In this document: positions 50,626-57,506 of the stretch, in pieces
Position numbering within the stretch: the stretch's first letter is position 1
Layout: each line of letters opens with the position of its first letter
Source of the DNA: Bdellovibrio sp. ZAP7
Lineage (GTDB): Bacteria > Bdellovibrionota > UBA1018 > CAIMNF01
Length of the DNA stretch: 64,000 nt
Assembly (NCBI GenBank): GCA_945874535.1
Contig: CAMCGZ010000002.1
Span: forward strand, 73,585 to 137,584
Direction of reading: 5' to 3'
Position numbers and translations under genes: made by a program
Notes under the pieces: model-generated
Seen by the model: the letters and a program-made list of their open reading frames with translations, nothing else
Told to the model about the DNA's origin: nothing
The model's database searches: none

Positions 50626-51569
50626 AATCGGGTGTGATCGCTTTGGTCGGAAGACCCAATACAGGGAAGAGCACATTTTTGAATGCCGTTCTGGGAGAGT
50701 CGATCTCGATTGTCACCCCCAAGGCGCAAACCACACGGGATCAGATCCGCGGCATCCTCTCGGATGAGCGGGGTCAGATCGTATTCGTGGACACGCCCGG
50801 AATCCACCGGGCCCGTGAGGGCGGTATCAACGCATTCATGATGCAGGAGGTTCGACGGGCGCTCGAGGGGCCGGATCTGGTGCTGTATCTGGTTGATCCT
50901 TGGAGTAAACCGGAAGCGGAAAGGCTGGTACTGGAGGTTTTGCGCCTGTCTGAGGCTCCAGTGCTCCCGATTCTGAATAAGTGTGATTTGAAGAAAAGAG
51001 AGCCTGAGAAGTTCGAATGGGTCGCTGCCTATTTTGAAGAGTGTCGGACAGTCCTGACCGGTGCGGGGGTGGAGGTCCTTCCTCCGATCGAGATTTCGGC
51101 CGAGAAGAAGACCGGTGTCCCCGAACTCGTGAAGGATTTGTTCGATCGTCTTCCGGACGGTCCTCCGCTCTATGAGGACCCGGAGGCCTTGACCGACCGG
51201 AGTTCGAGATTTGTCGTCGCCGAGATGATCCGGAAACAACTCTTCATGAAGCTCGGCGACGAATTGCCCTACAGTTGTGCCGTCGAGATCGAGAGTTATC
51301 GCGAGGATTTCAAGCCCGTTGCCATTTCGGCCCTGATTTATGTGGAGCGTGAAAGCCAGAAGGGCATGGTCATCGGTGCGGGGGGTAAAAAGATCAAAGA
51401 GATCGGTACTGCCTCACGTAAAGAGATCGAAGAACTCATCGGCGAGCGCGTGTTTCTCGAGTTGAGGGTGAAGGTTCTTGAAGGATGGACTTCAGAGTCC
51501 AGGAAGATGAAACAGTTGGGCTACGTGTTTGACGCCAAGGGCGCCCGGGCCGGTAAGGAAAAAAGATGA
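50622..51569 (+). CDS. era: GTPase Era
   Basis: G1 GRPNTGKST, G3 DTPG, G4 NKCD, C-terminal KH domain. Confidence 0.9.
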   Translation: MKSGVIALVGRPNTGKSTFLNAVLGESISIVTPKAQTTRDQIRGILSDERGQIVFVDTPGIHRAREGGINAFMMQEVRRALEGPDLVLYLVDPWSKPEAERLVLEVLRLSEAPVLPILNKCDLKKREPEKFEWVAAYFEECRTVLTGAGVEVLPPIEISAEKKTGVPELVKDLFDRLPDGPPLYEDPEALTDRSSRFVVAEMIRKQLFMKLGDELPYSCAVEIESYREDFKPVAISALIYVERESQKGMVIGAGGKKIKEIGTASRKEIEELIGERVFLELRVKVLEGWTSESRKMKQLGYVFDAKGARAGKEKR

Positions 51570-52924
51570 AGTCCATGAACTTGGTGATCGCAGGGCGCCC
51601 CAATGTCGGAAAAAGCAGTCTATTCAACAGGCTACTCGGCAGGAAGCGGGCTTTGGTGCTCGACACTCCGGGTGTGACCCGTGACCGGATCGTGGAGTCG
51701 GCCAGTTTCTGGGTGCGAGCCAAGGAATATTCAGTGAATTTGATCGACACCGGAGGGCTGGGGGAGGGGCAGTTCAAGGAGGAAATCCGTCGTCAGGTCG
51801 ACACCGCCCTCAAGGAGGCTTCGGTCGTATTATTCGTGGTCGACATCAAAGCAGGTCTCACCCATGCGGACGAGGAGGTTTTCTCGGAACTCCGGCGTTC
51901 GGGTGTCAGCGAAAAAATTCCCGTGATTCTGGTTCTGAATAAGGCCGATTCGGATCTGGCCGAAGAGCGCTTCGCCGAATTCTACGCTCTCGGTGTCGAG
52001 AATTTGATCCCGGTTTCTGCAGAGCATGCCCTTCAGATCGATGAGTTGAAAGAGATGGTGGTCGATCTTTTGAATCCGGAGCCGCTTCCCGTCATTTCTG
52101 ATGAAATACCCGACCCAGAGAAGGAGGAGGTTTATGTCCCCCGGACCCCACGAATCGCCATCGTCGGCCAGCCCAATGTTGGGAAAAGCACCTTATTGAA
52201 CGCAATTTGCGGCGAAAAGCGGACCATCGTGAGTCCCATCGCCGGTACCACGGTCGATGCGATCGACCTCGACATCAATTGGAACGGTAAGGACTTTACC
52301 GTCATCGATACCGCCGGCATCCGTCGGAAGAATAAAACGGAGCAAGGAATCGAAGTGCTTTCCGTGGTTCAAACCCGCAAAACTCTGGAGCGCGCCGATC
52401 TTGCTTTCCTGGTGATGGACGGAGAGCAAGGAGTTTACGAGCAGGACGAGAAGATTGCAGGCCTGATCGAGGAGATGGGTTGCAGTGTGATTCTGGTTCT
52501 CAATAAGTGGGATACCCAGGTCGGTAACAAAGAATTTTCCCAGAAGCTCGCCGAAGAAGAGATCCGAAAGAAAATCAGGTTTCTAGGATATGCACCGCTG
52601 GTTTTCACCACGGCCAAGGATTCGATCGGTCTGGACCGCCTGTTTCGGGTCGCCCAAGCCGTGATCGAGCAGCGATCCCTCAAAATTCAGACCAAGGAAC
52701 TGACGGAGTTCCTCCGGAATGCGGCCGAGGTTCACAACCCCAACAATGCCAAGTTTTATTTTGTGCACCAATCGGGACGGAATCCACCGACCTTCGTGGC
52801 CCATGTGAGTGATCCGAAGAAGATCCACTTCAGCCTGAGCCGGCATCTGGTCAAGGCGATCCGCGGACACTACGGTTATCTCGGAACTCCGGTTCGGCTG
52901 CACTTTTTGAAGACTAAGGGATAA
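51566..52924 (+). CDS. der: GTPase Der (EngA), two tandem GTPase domains + KH-like
   Basis: GRPNVGKSS … GQPNVGKST, NKAD/NKWD. Confidence 0.9.
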   Translation: MKSMNLVIAGRPNVGKSSLFNRLLGRKRALVLDTPGVTRDRIVESASFWVRAKEYSVNLIDTGGLGEGQFKEEIRRQVDTALKEASVVLFVVDIKAGLTHADEEVFSELRRSGVSEKIPVILVLNKADSDLAEERFAEFYALGVENLIPVSAEHALQIDELKEMVVDLLNPEPLPVISDEIPDPEKEEVYVPRTPRIAIVGQPNVGKSTLLNAICGEKRTIVSPIAGTTVDAIDLDINWNGKDFTVIDTAGIRRKNKTEQGIEVLSVVQTRKTLERADLAFLVMDGEQGVYEQDEKIAGLIEEMGCSVILVLNKWDTQVGNKEFSQKLAEEEIRKKIRFLGYAPLVFTTAKDSIGLDRLFRVAQAVIEQRSLKIQTKELTEFLRNAAEVHNPNNAKFYFVHQSGRNPPTFVAHVSDPKKIHFSLSRHLVKAIRGHYGYLGTPVRLHFLKTKG

Positions 52925-52987
52925 GGGGTCTTGCAAACGCTCCGGGGCATGGGCAGACTGGGGTTAATCGTTCCTCAGTTTCTCAGT

Positions 52988-53026
52988 GCCGGGGTGGCGA
53001 AATTGGTAGACGCACAGGACTTAAAA
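52988..53026 (+). tRNA. Disrupted host tRNA-Leu(UAA), 5' part (nt 1-39: acceptor 5' strand through anticodon loop CTTAAAA)
   Basis: GCCGGGGTGGCGAAATTGGTAGACGCACAGGACTTAAAA then diverges (CTTTTGGCG…) instead of TCCTG. Completes perfectly with 57411-57460. Confidence 0.8.
53000..53026. repeat. Left copy of 27-bp direct repeat (AAATTGGTAGACGCACAGGACTTAAAA) = att core, tRNA-Leu nt 13-39
   Basis: Perfect identity with 57384-57410; flanking bases differ (G vs A upstream, C vs T downstream). Confidence 0.85.
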
Positions 53027-53077
53027 CTTTTGGCGAGTTTTGGCTAAGTAATTGATATTTTTAAGGATAAATCTCTA

Positions 53078-53296
53078 ATGGTAGAGCAGAAAACCCTCAA
53101 AAAGGTAGAGCAATCTACCGATAAGATCGTAGATATGGCGAGCTTCCGCGAAGCAAAGATGCTTTACGAAATCTCCCAGCGTATAAACCCTCAACACACA
53201 CGAGAGGAAATCTACGAAGCGGTAGAGTTTTTTAAAGCAAATGAAAAGAGAACGAAAGATTCCAGAAAATGCGGAGGTGTTCTTCACACTCATTAA
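53078..53296 (+). CDS. Small ORF (72 aa) upstream of and overlapping the integrase start; doubtful
   Basis: Only ORF evidence; contains the two GGTAGAGCA repeats. Confidence 0.2.
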   Translation: MVEQKTLKKVEQSTDKIVDMASFREAKMLYEISQRINPQHTREEIYEAVEFFKANEKRTKDSRKCGGVLHTH

Positions 53297-54419
53297 GCCG
53301 ACTCCAAACAAGGAGGGGCCGAATGCTCGTCGCTCATTTGCTTTCATCATGGACATTCAATACGCTGATGGCCGCCGCGATCAACCTCGCTACCAGTTTC
53401 CCGAAGGCGACGACCGACTAAAGGTCATCAATAAATCCTACAAGATCGCCGACGATAAAAACGAAGCCTTCGAGAAGTGCCTCAAGCTCGCTTTAGACCT
53501 TCAAAAGAAACTTTACGTTGAGCACGGTCTTGAGAAAAAGACGGTCTTCAATCAGGAAAACTACGGAGTGCTGGATCAGTTTTTCGACTGGAAATACAGC
53601 GCGAAGAAAACGAAAGATAAAACTGCCGCGTACAACGATTTCCGCCGCGCAGTCGATGCCGTTGGTTCAATTCCGCTGCAAACTGCAACTAAGGCGGAAA
53701 TCCAGAAAGCGATCTCCGCCGCCGAAAATAAACAGCAACGGAGAATTGCGAGCCGCTTGAACATGATTTTTAAGTATCTCAAGCGAGATATTGTTTTGGA
53801 TAAGGACAAGAAAAAAAGAGTTTCTGTCCGCTACCTGAACGAAAAAGAATTCGCCTCGGTGATGAAGCTCATTAAGGACGAAAATCTGCGCTTAGTTTTC
53901 GAGATGGCCTTTCATTCCGGCTGTCGCATGGGCGAACTTTTCGCTTTAAATGAAGCTGATTTGCGTGCAGGGTTGCTGACCGTCGATAAGCAAATGCTCC
54001 GAACCGAAGAGGCTGTCCGTCGTCGGAAGCAAGAATACAAAGCCAAGGGCAAAACTTGGACGAATTGGATTCCGAAACCTACTGACCTGACCACCCCGAC
54101 AAAAAACGAACAAAGTCGGCGGGTCGTCGTTTTCGAAGAGTTCGCTCCCGCCTTTAGAAAATGGTGCGAGCTGGATTACGAAACAAAATTTAAGCTGCGG
54201 CATTCGCGGTTAGCGGAGATTTTAAAGACCGCTTGCGAGCAGAAGTTTCCGCAAAATGCTCAGAAACAATGCGTAGCTCATTGGACCGCGCCCCTCAACT
54301 TGGAAACCGCATCGAGGTTTGCCAGGAATTTTACACAGGCTACGAACTCCACAACGAGAACATCACCGTCCTCAAGTCGCTTATGCTGGCAAAAAAATAA
54401 TCGTTACGGGCGCCCGTAA
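53241..54419 (+). CDS. int: Tyrosine-type site-specific integrase (catalytic Tyr position possibly substituted: …ETASRFARNF…)
   Basis: Core motifs …AFHSGCRMGELFAL… (Arg I) and …KLRHSRLAEIL… (H-x-x-R). C-terminal region aligns by eye to the T-x-R-Y-A-H nucleophile motif but reads R-F-A-R. Start could alternatively be Met at 53349. Confidence 0.75.
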   Translation: MKRERKIPENAEVFFTLIKPTPNKEGPNARRSFAFIMDIQYADGRRDQPRYQFPEGDDRLKVINKSYKIADDKNEAFEKCLKLALDLQKKLYVEHGLEKKTVFNQENYGVLDQFFDWKYSAKKTKDKTAAYNDFRRAVDAVGSIPLQTATKAEIQKAISAAENKQQRRIASRLNMIFKYLKRDIVLDKDKKKRVSVRYLNEKEFASVMKLIKDENLRLVFEMAFHSGCRMGELFALNEADLRAGLLTVDKQMLRTEEAVRRRKQEYKAKGKTWTNWIPKPTDLTTPTKNEQSRRVVVFEEFAPAFRKWCELDYETKFKLRHSRLAEILKTACEQKFPQNAQKQCVAHWTAPLNLETASRFARNFTQATNSTTRTSPSSSRLCWQKNNRYGRP

Positions 54420-54490
54420 CGCAACCTTAATTCTTGAATTGTCAAGACTCTTCAGGTAAGGTTTTTTCAAGTTTGAAAAAATGAGTGTAT

Positions 54491-54814
54491 GCCCCCATGG
54501 TGAAATCGGTAGACACAAAGGACTTCAATTGGAGCCTCGTCTGGGAAACCTTATGAGTGGACACAGGGATAACGGTGAACGCTTACTGCTTCGCAGTAGT
54601 TGCCAACACCGTGGGAACATCGAGCAAGAAATTGGGAGATGAGCGCCGTAGAGACTAGATACCTGTGCACCTAAAATTCGCAAGAATCACGGTGAAGATA
54701 TAGTCCAGACCACAAACAAGACCGATTTATTTCGGAGTTGGCGGCGAAAGTCGAAGTGGTAAGAAAATCCTTGCCCGTAAGGGAGTGCCAGTTCGATTCT
54801 GGCTGGGGGCACCA
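54491..54814 (+). tRNA. tRNA-Leu(UAA) interrupted by a group I intron in the anticodon loop (exons 54491-54525 and 54764-54814; mature 86 nt incl. CCA)
   Basis: Exon 1 GCCCCCATGGTGAAATCGGTAGACACAAAGGACTT. Exon 2 AAAATCCTTG-CCCGTAAGGG-AGT-GCCAGTTCGATTCTGGC-TGGGGGC-A-CCA. Acceptor GCCCCCA/TGGGGGC, anticodon stem AAGGA/TCCTT, loop CTT|AAAA, long variable arm (type II), discriminator A. Confidence 0.8.
54526..54763 (+). ncRNA. Group I intron (tRNA-Leu(UAA) anticodon-loop type, ~238 nt, no ORF)
   Basis: Inserted after U34, ends in G. R-like element CGTAGAGACTAGATACC (54648-54664) and a perfect S consensus AAGATATAGTCC (54695-54706) form P7. GAAA tetraloop (GCGAAAG) near the 3' end. P1 region CAATTGGAGCC resembles cyanobacterial tRNA-Leu introns (UUGAGCC). 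Confidence 0.75.
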
Positions 54815-54815
54815 A

Positions 54816-55259
54816 CTATTTTTTCTGAATCTTTTTTTGATTCTTACTCGATTTTTTTGAGATCGAGTTTGGATATCGATCAAGTGAACAAGCTTTCCGC
54901 ACCTCAGATAAAAGACTGTACTGCTTAACATCAGTGTACGGATTGAGAAACGTCTCCACATTTTTTAGCTCAGCTTCCCCGTACAGCGAAAAAGTCTCGG
55001 CGGGAATGTCGATGGTTGCTTCAACGTACTGACCTTTTTCATTAATCGTATTCGCTGGCACAAAAGACCGAAGCTTGAATCGGGTTTCGGAATTAGTTTT
55101 TGGATTAACGATAAAATACCAGCTCGGTTCATTCATCGCTTTAACAAGAAGTCCCTCAAGAGTGCAGGTGCCTTTTGGAAATCTCGTAAGGGCAAAGCTG
55201 GCCGAAGGAAATGCCAAGACCAAAATTAAAGATAAAAGAATTTTATTTTTAGTAAGCAT
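54816..55259 (-). CDS. Secreted hypothetical protein (147 aa), overlapping and co-directional with the C13 peptidase gene
   Basis: Signal peptide MLTKNKILLSLILVLAFPSASFA; Lys-rich C-terminus. 11-nt overlap with the upstream gene. Confidence 0.5.
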   Translation of the reverse strand: MLTKNKILLSLILVLAFPSASFALTRFPKGTCTLEGLLVKAMNEPSWYFIVNPKTNSETRFKLRSFVPANTINEKGQYVEATIDIPAETFSLYGEAELKNVETFLNPYTDVKQYSLLSEVRKACSLDRYPNSISKKSSKNQKKIQKK

Positions 55260-56754
55260 ATTCCAAGCATCTCCTAATCGACGAATACTCCTTGATCATA
55301 TTGTCGTCGCCATATTTCAATAAATCCAATTCAAGATTCAAAATTTCGTATTTACGACGGTCTTTTTCAACTTCAGCTAACTTAATTTTTATTTGCTGTG
55401 CATCCAACTGGCCTTGCTGGCGTTTCGCGGCTTGCTCTTGGGGGGACAGGCGATCCCAGTTCTTTGCGGACTCAGCAATACTCGCCTTGAGGTCCTGAAT
55501 CCTCAAATCAAGGTCATCAAGAATAGCAGCGGAATCTTTGCCTTTAAGATTTTGGATAGTCTTTTCCAAACTCCCTTTAAGATATTGATGGCGACTTCCT
55601 GGAATACCATCAGTTGAAATTCCCATCTTCCCTTTCATTCGCTCAAAATCTTCGAGCAAACTTGCGATCTGTTTGAAAGCATCGTCGGGATGCGTGGAGC
55701 AACCGCTGACAGATTGAATGGGACTGATTTTTTTAGATCTTCCTTCGAGGATTTTGTTTTTATTCTTCGTAAGAAACCACTCAAGACTTGTCGTCGGAAT
55801 ATTCTGCGGATTATCTAAGTTCGTCGCATACAAGTGGGCATCCCAGTAGGTCGCTTTGCTGTCTTTGTCGGTATCCAATTTCTTTTTCAAAGCATAAGGA
55901 AAGTTCTGTCCATATAGGTCCAGATCAATGGATTCAGATAAACTCGTTTTGTTTCCTTGTTGATTGGCGAACACACAAACATTCGAGGAGGTCAGCTCGG
56001 TTAAACCACCGCCATAGCAAATATTCGTCACAACTCGAATCTGATTCGTTAACGGGAACTCACGAAGTAAATCACCCAATTGATTTACTGTCATGCTTTC
56101 GCCCCAAAGTGTCACAGTAGAACCACCTTCGGGATCTTGTTCACCGTGATCGGTTATGTAGAGGGTTAAATTGTCGCCCGGTTTTAATTTTCCGCGAAGC
56201 TCTCGGAACTTGTCTTTTATATTTTGCGAAGTCGCCCCGCCGTCGAGTTCGCGTTTTTCGCCGCTAAAAAGATAATCGAGGGTAATTGTGCTCGGAGCTG
56301 CAGGTTTGTCTGACTTATCCGATTTAACACCCGTTCCATCCCCTGATGGGATTGTTCCCATTCGAGTGGGTTCCATTTTGGTCTCACTCGGCATCACTTG
56401 GGCCGAGGGAGGAGAACCATATGAACCGCCGCCGCCATACCGGCCCGGCTGTCCCATCTCTGGAAATATCGGCTGAGTACTTGGCGAGTTAGTGTCTTCG
56501 ACCTTGCCGCTACCGTAAAGCACCATGATGTGATCCGATGCAATTCTGTTGCTACGAAAAGCATCATACATCGTGCGAACATTTTCGAAGTACCGTTGAT
56601 GATTGCTGGCTCGGTTTGCCCCACCGTTGATAATGACCGCATAATTTTTGCCGTCTCCGTCGCCTGCATTTGCGACCGAGATTGCGAGAATTAAAATTAA
56701 AGAAAAATAAAGTTTAACCATTCCAGTTATCTTATCGACACAGATTAAGTTCAA
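55249..56754 (-). CDS. Secreted legumain-like cysteine peptidase (peptidase family C13, clan CD caspase-like fold) with C-terminal coiled-coil region
   Basis: Signal peptide (…ILILAISVANA). N-terminal …KNYAVIINGGANRASNHQRYF…IMVLYGSG…; catalytic His in …LTLYITDHGEQ… and Cys in …RVVTNICYGGG… ~43 residues apart, as in legumain (…YFTDHG… / …IEACESGS…). Confidence 0.7.
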   Translation of the reverse strand: MNLICVDKITGMVKLYFSLILILAISVANAGDGDGKNYAVIINGGANRASNHQRYFENVRTMYDAFRSNRIASDHIMVLYGSGKVEDTNSPSTQPIFPEMGQPGRYGGGGSYGSPPSAQVMPSETKMEPTRMGTIPSGDGTGVKSDKSDKPAAPSTITLDYLFSGEKRELDGGATSQNIKDKFRELRGKLKPGDNLTLYITDHGEQDPEGGSTVTLWGESMTVNQLGDLLREFPLTNQIRVVTNICYGGGLTELTSSNVCVFANQQGNKTSLSESIDLDLYGQNFPYALKKKLDTDKDSKATYWDAHLYATNLDNPQNIPTTSLEWFLTKNKNKILEGRSKKISPIQSVSGCSTHPDDAFKQIASLLEDFERMKGKMGISTDGIPGSRHQYLKGSLEKTIQNLKGKDSAAILDDLDLRIQDLKASIAESAKNWDRLSPQEQAAKRQQGQLDAQQIKIKLAEVEKDRRKYEILNLELDLLKYGDDNMIKEYSSIRRCLEYAY

Positions 56755-56839
56755 TTTAAAGAAATCGTTAAAGATTTCGACTTTTTGATCGCTCTAAATC
56801 GATTTCTTCCATTCTGGTTGATCTTCGTCCCGACTTTCG

Positions 56840-57154
56840 TCAGCACTTTGACGCCCAGGCCTTTAATCCAATACCGTTCAGACGATCCAAAGCACCTATT
56901 TTATCCATCCCATAAGCTTCGAGCACCTTTATAAAATCAAGCGGATGAATTTTTCCGGCGGACTCGTATTCTCGTAAAAGTTCGGTATCAATTCCTATTT
57001 TTTCTGCGGCTTCGTCGATTGTAACGGGATTACCCCGAATCCAATCCGCATTCATTTCGTAGTGTTCAGCTAATTCCTTCGCCCAGGCGCGAAGCACAAC
57101 CTCTTCCGCATCCGTGGGCTTACGGTCGCCGTAAAGCCATCTCTTTTTTCCCAT
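56840..57154 (-). CDS. Xis/AlpA-like HTH DNA-binding protein (putative excisionase/regulator)
   Basis: …PVTIDEAAEKIGIDTELLREYESAGKIHP… fits the HTH_17/excisionase pattern (xTxxEAAExLGxxxxTLxRxxxxGxxP). Gene sits at the attR-proximal end. Confidence 0.5.
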   Translation of the reverse strand: MGKKRWLYGDRKPTDAEEVVLRAWAKELAEHYEMNADWIRGNPVTIDEAAEKIGIDTELLREYESAGKIHPLDFIKVLEAYGMDKIGALDRLNGIGLKAWASKC

Positions 57155-57383
57155 TCAATTTAAGTCTAACGGACTTTTCTAAATCGGGCAAAGACCTCTA
57201 ACCACTAAGGTTTTTCGTCCAGTTCCTTGCAGCATCGGTGCAGCACGAGCCGCACCTTCAAGCTTCATATTCTAACCCCATAACAGCCGCCGGACTCCGG
57301 CGGTCCCGCCAAAACCGTGAACCCAAAACCAAGCCTCCGCGACCGGCGTTTTTCGCCGCAGCGCCCCCTTTTTGCCCAAATCA

Positions 57384-57410
57384 AAATTGGTAGACGCACA
57401 GGACTTAAAA
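57384..57410. repeat. Right copy of 27-bp direct repeat (att core)
   Basis: Identical to 53000-53026. Confidence 0.85.
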
Positions 57411-57460
57411 TCCTGGGTTTGGCAACAGACGTACCGGTTCGATTCCGGTCCTCGGCACCA
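57384..57460 (+). tRNA. Disrupted host tRNA-Leu(UAA), 3' part (nt 13-86 + CCA); lacks the 5' acceptor strand and D-stem
   Basis: AAATTGGTAGACGCACAGGACTTAAAATCCTG-GGTTTGGCAACAGACGT-ACCGGTTCGATTCCGGT-CCTCGGC-A-CCA; upstream sequence (…TTTGCCCAAATC) cannot pair with CCTCGGC. Confidence 0.8.
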
Positions 57461-57506
57461 CTTTTTCGAACTACCGCAAAGGGTACTGTGGAGGTAGATT
57501 CGGGGC

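Larger units (their letters stand above)
53027..57383. mobile_element. 4,357-bp integrated element inserted in tRNA-Leu(UAA). Gene order: int, intron-containing tRNA-Leu(UAA), secreted protein, secreted C13 peptidase, Xis-like HTH
   Basis: Bounded by the perfect 27-bp direct repeats; visibly AT-richer than the flanks; integrase next to the left end and Xis-like gene next to the right end. Confidence 0.75.

Noticed and set aside
54269-54397. Alternative +2 frame across the integrase C-terminus translating to …MRSSLDRAPQLGNRIEVCQEFYTGYELHNENITVLKSLMLAKK*
   Set aside because: Only 43 codons from the nearest Met and no independent support. Kept as a possible frameshift remnant in the integrase finding rather than called as a gene.
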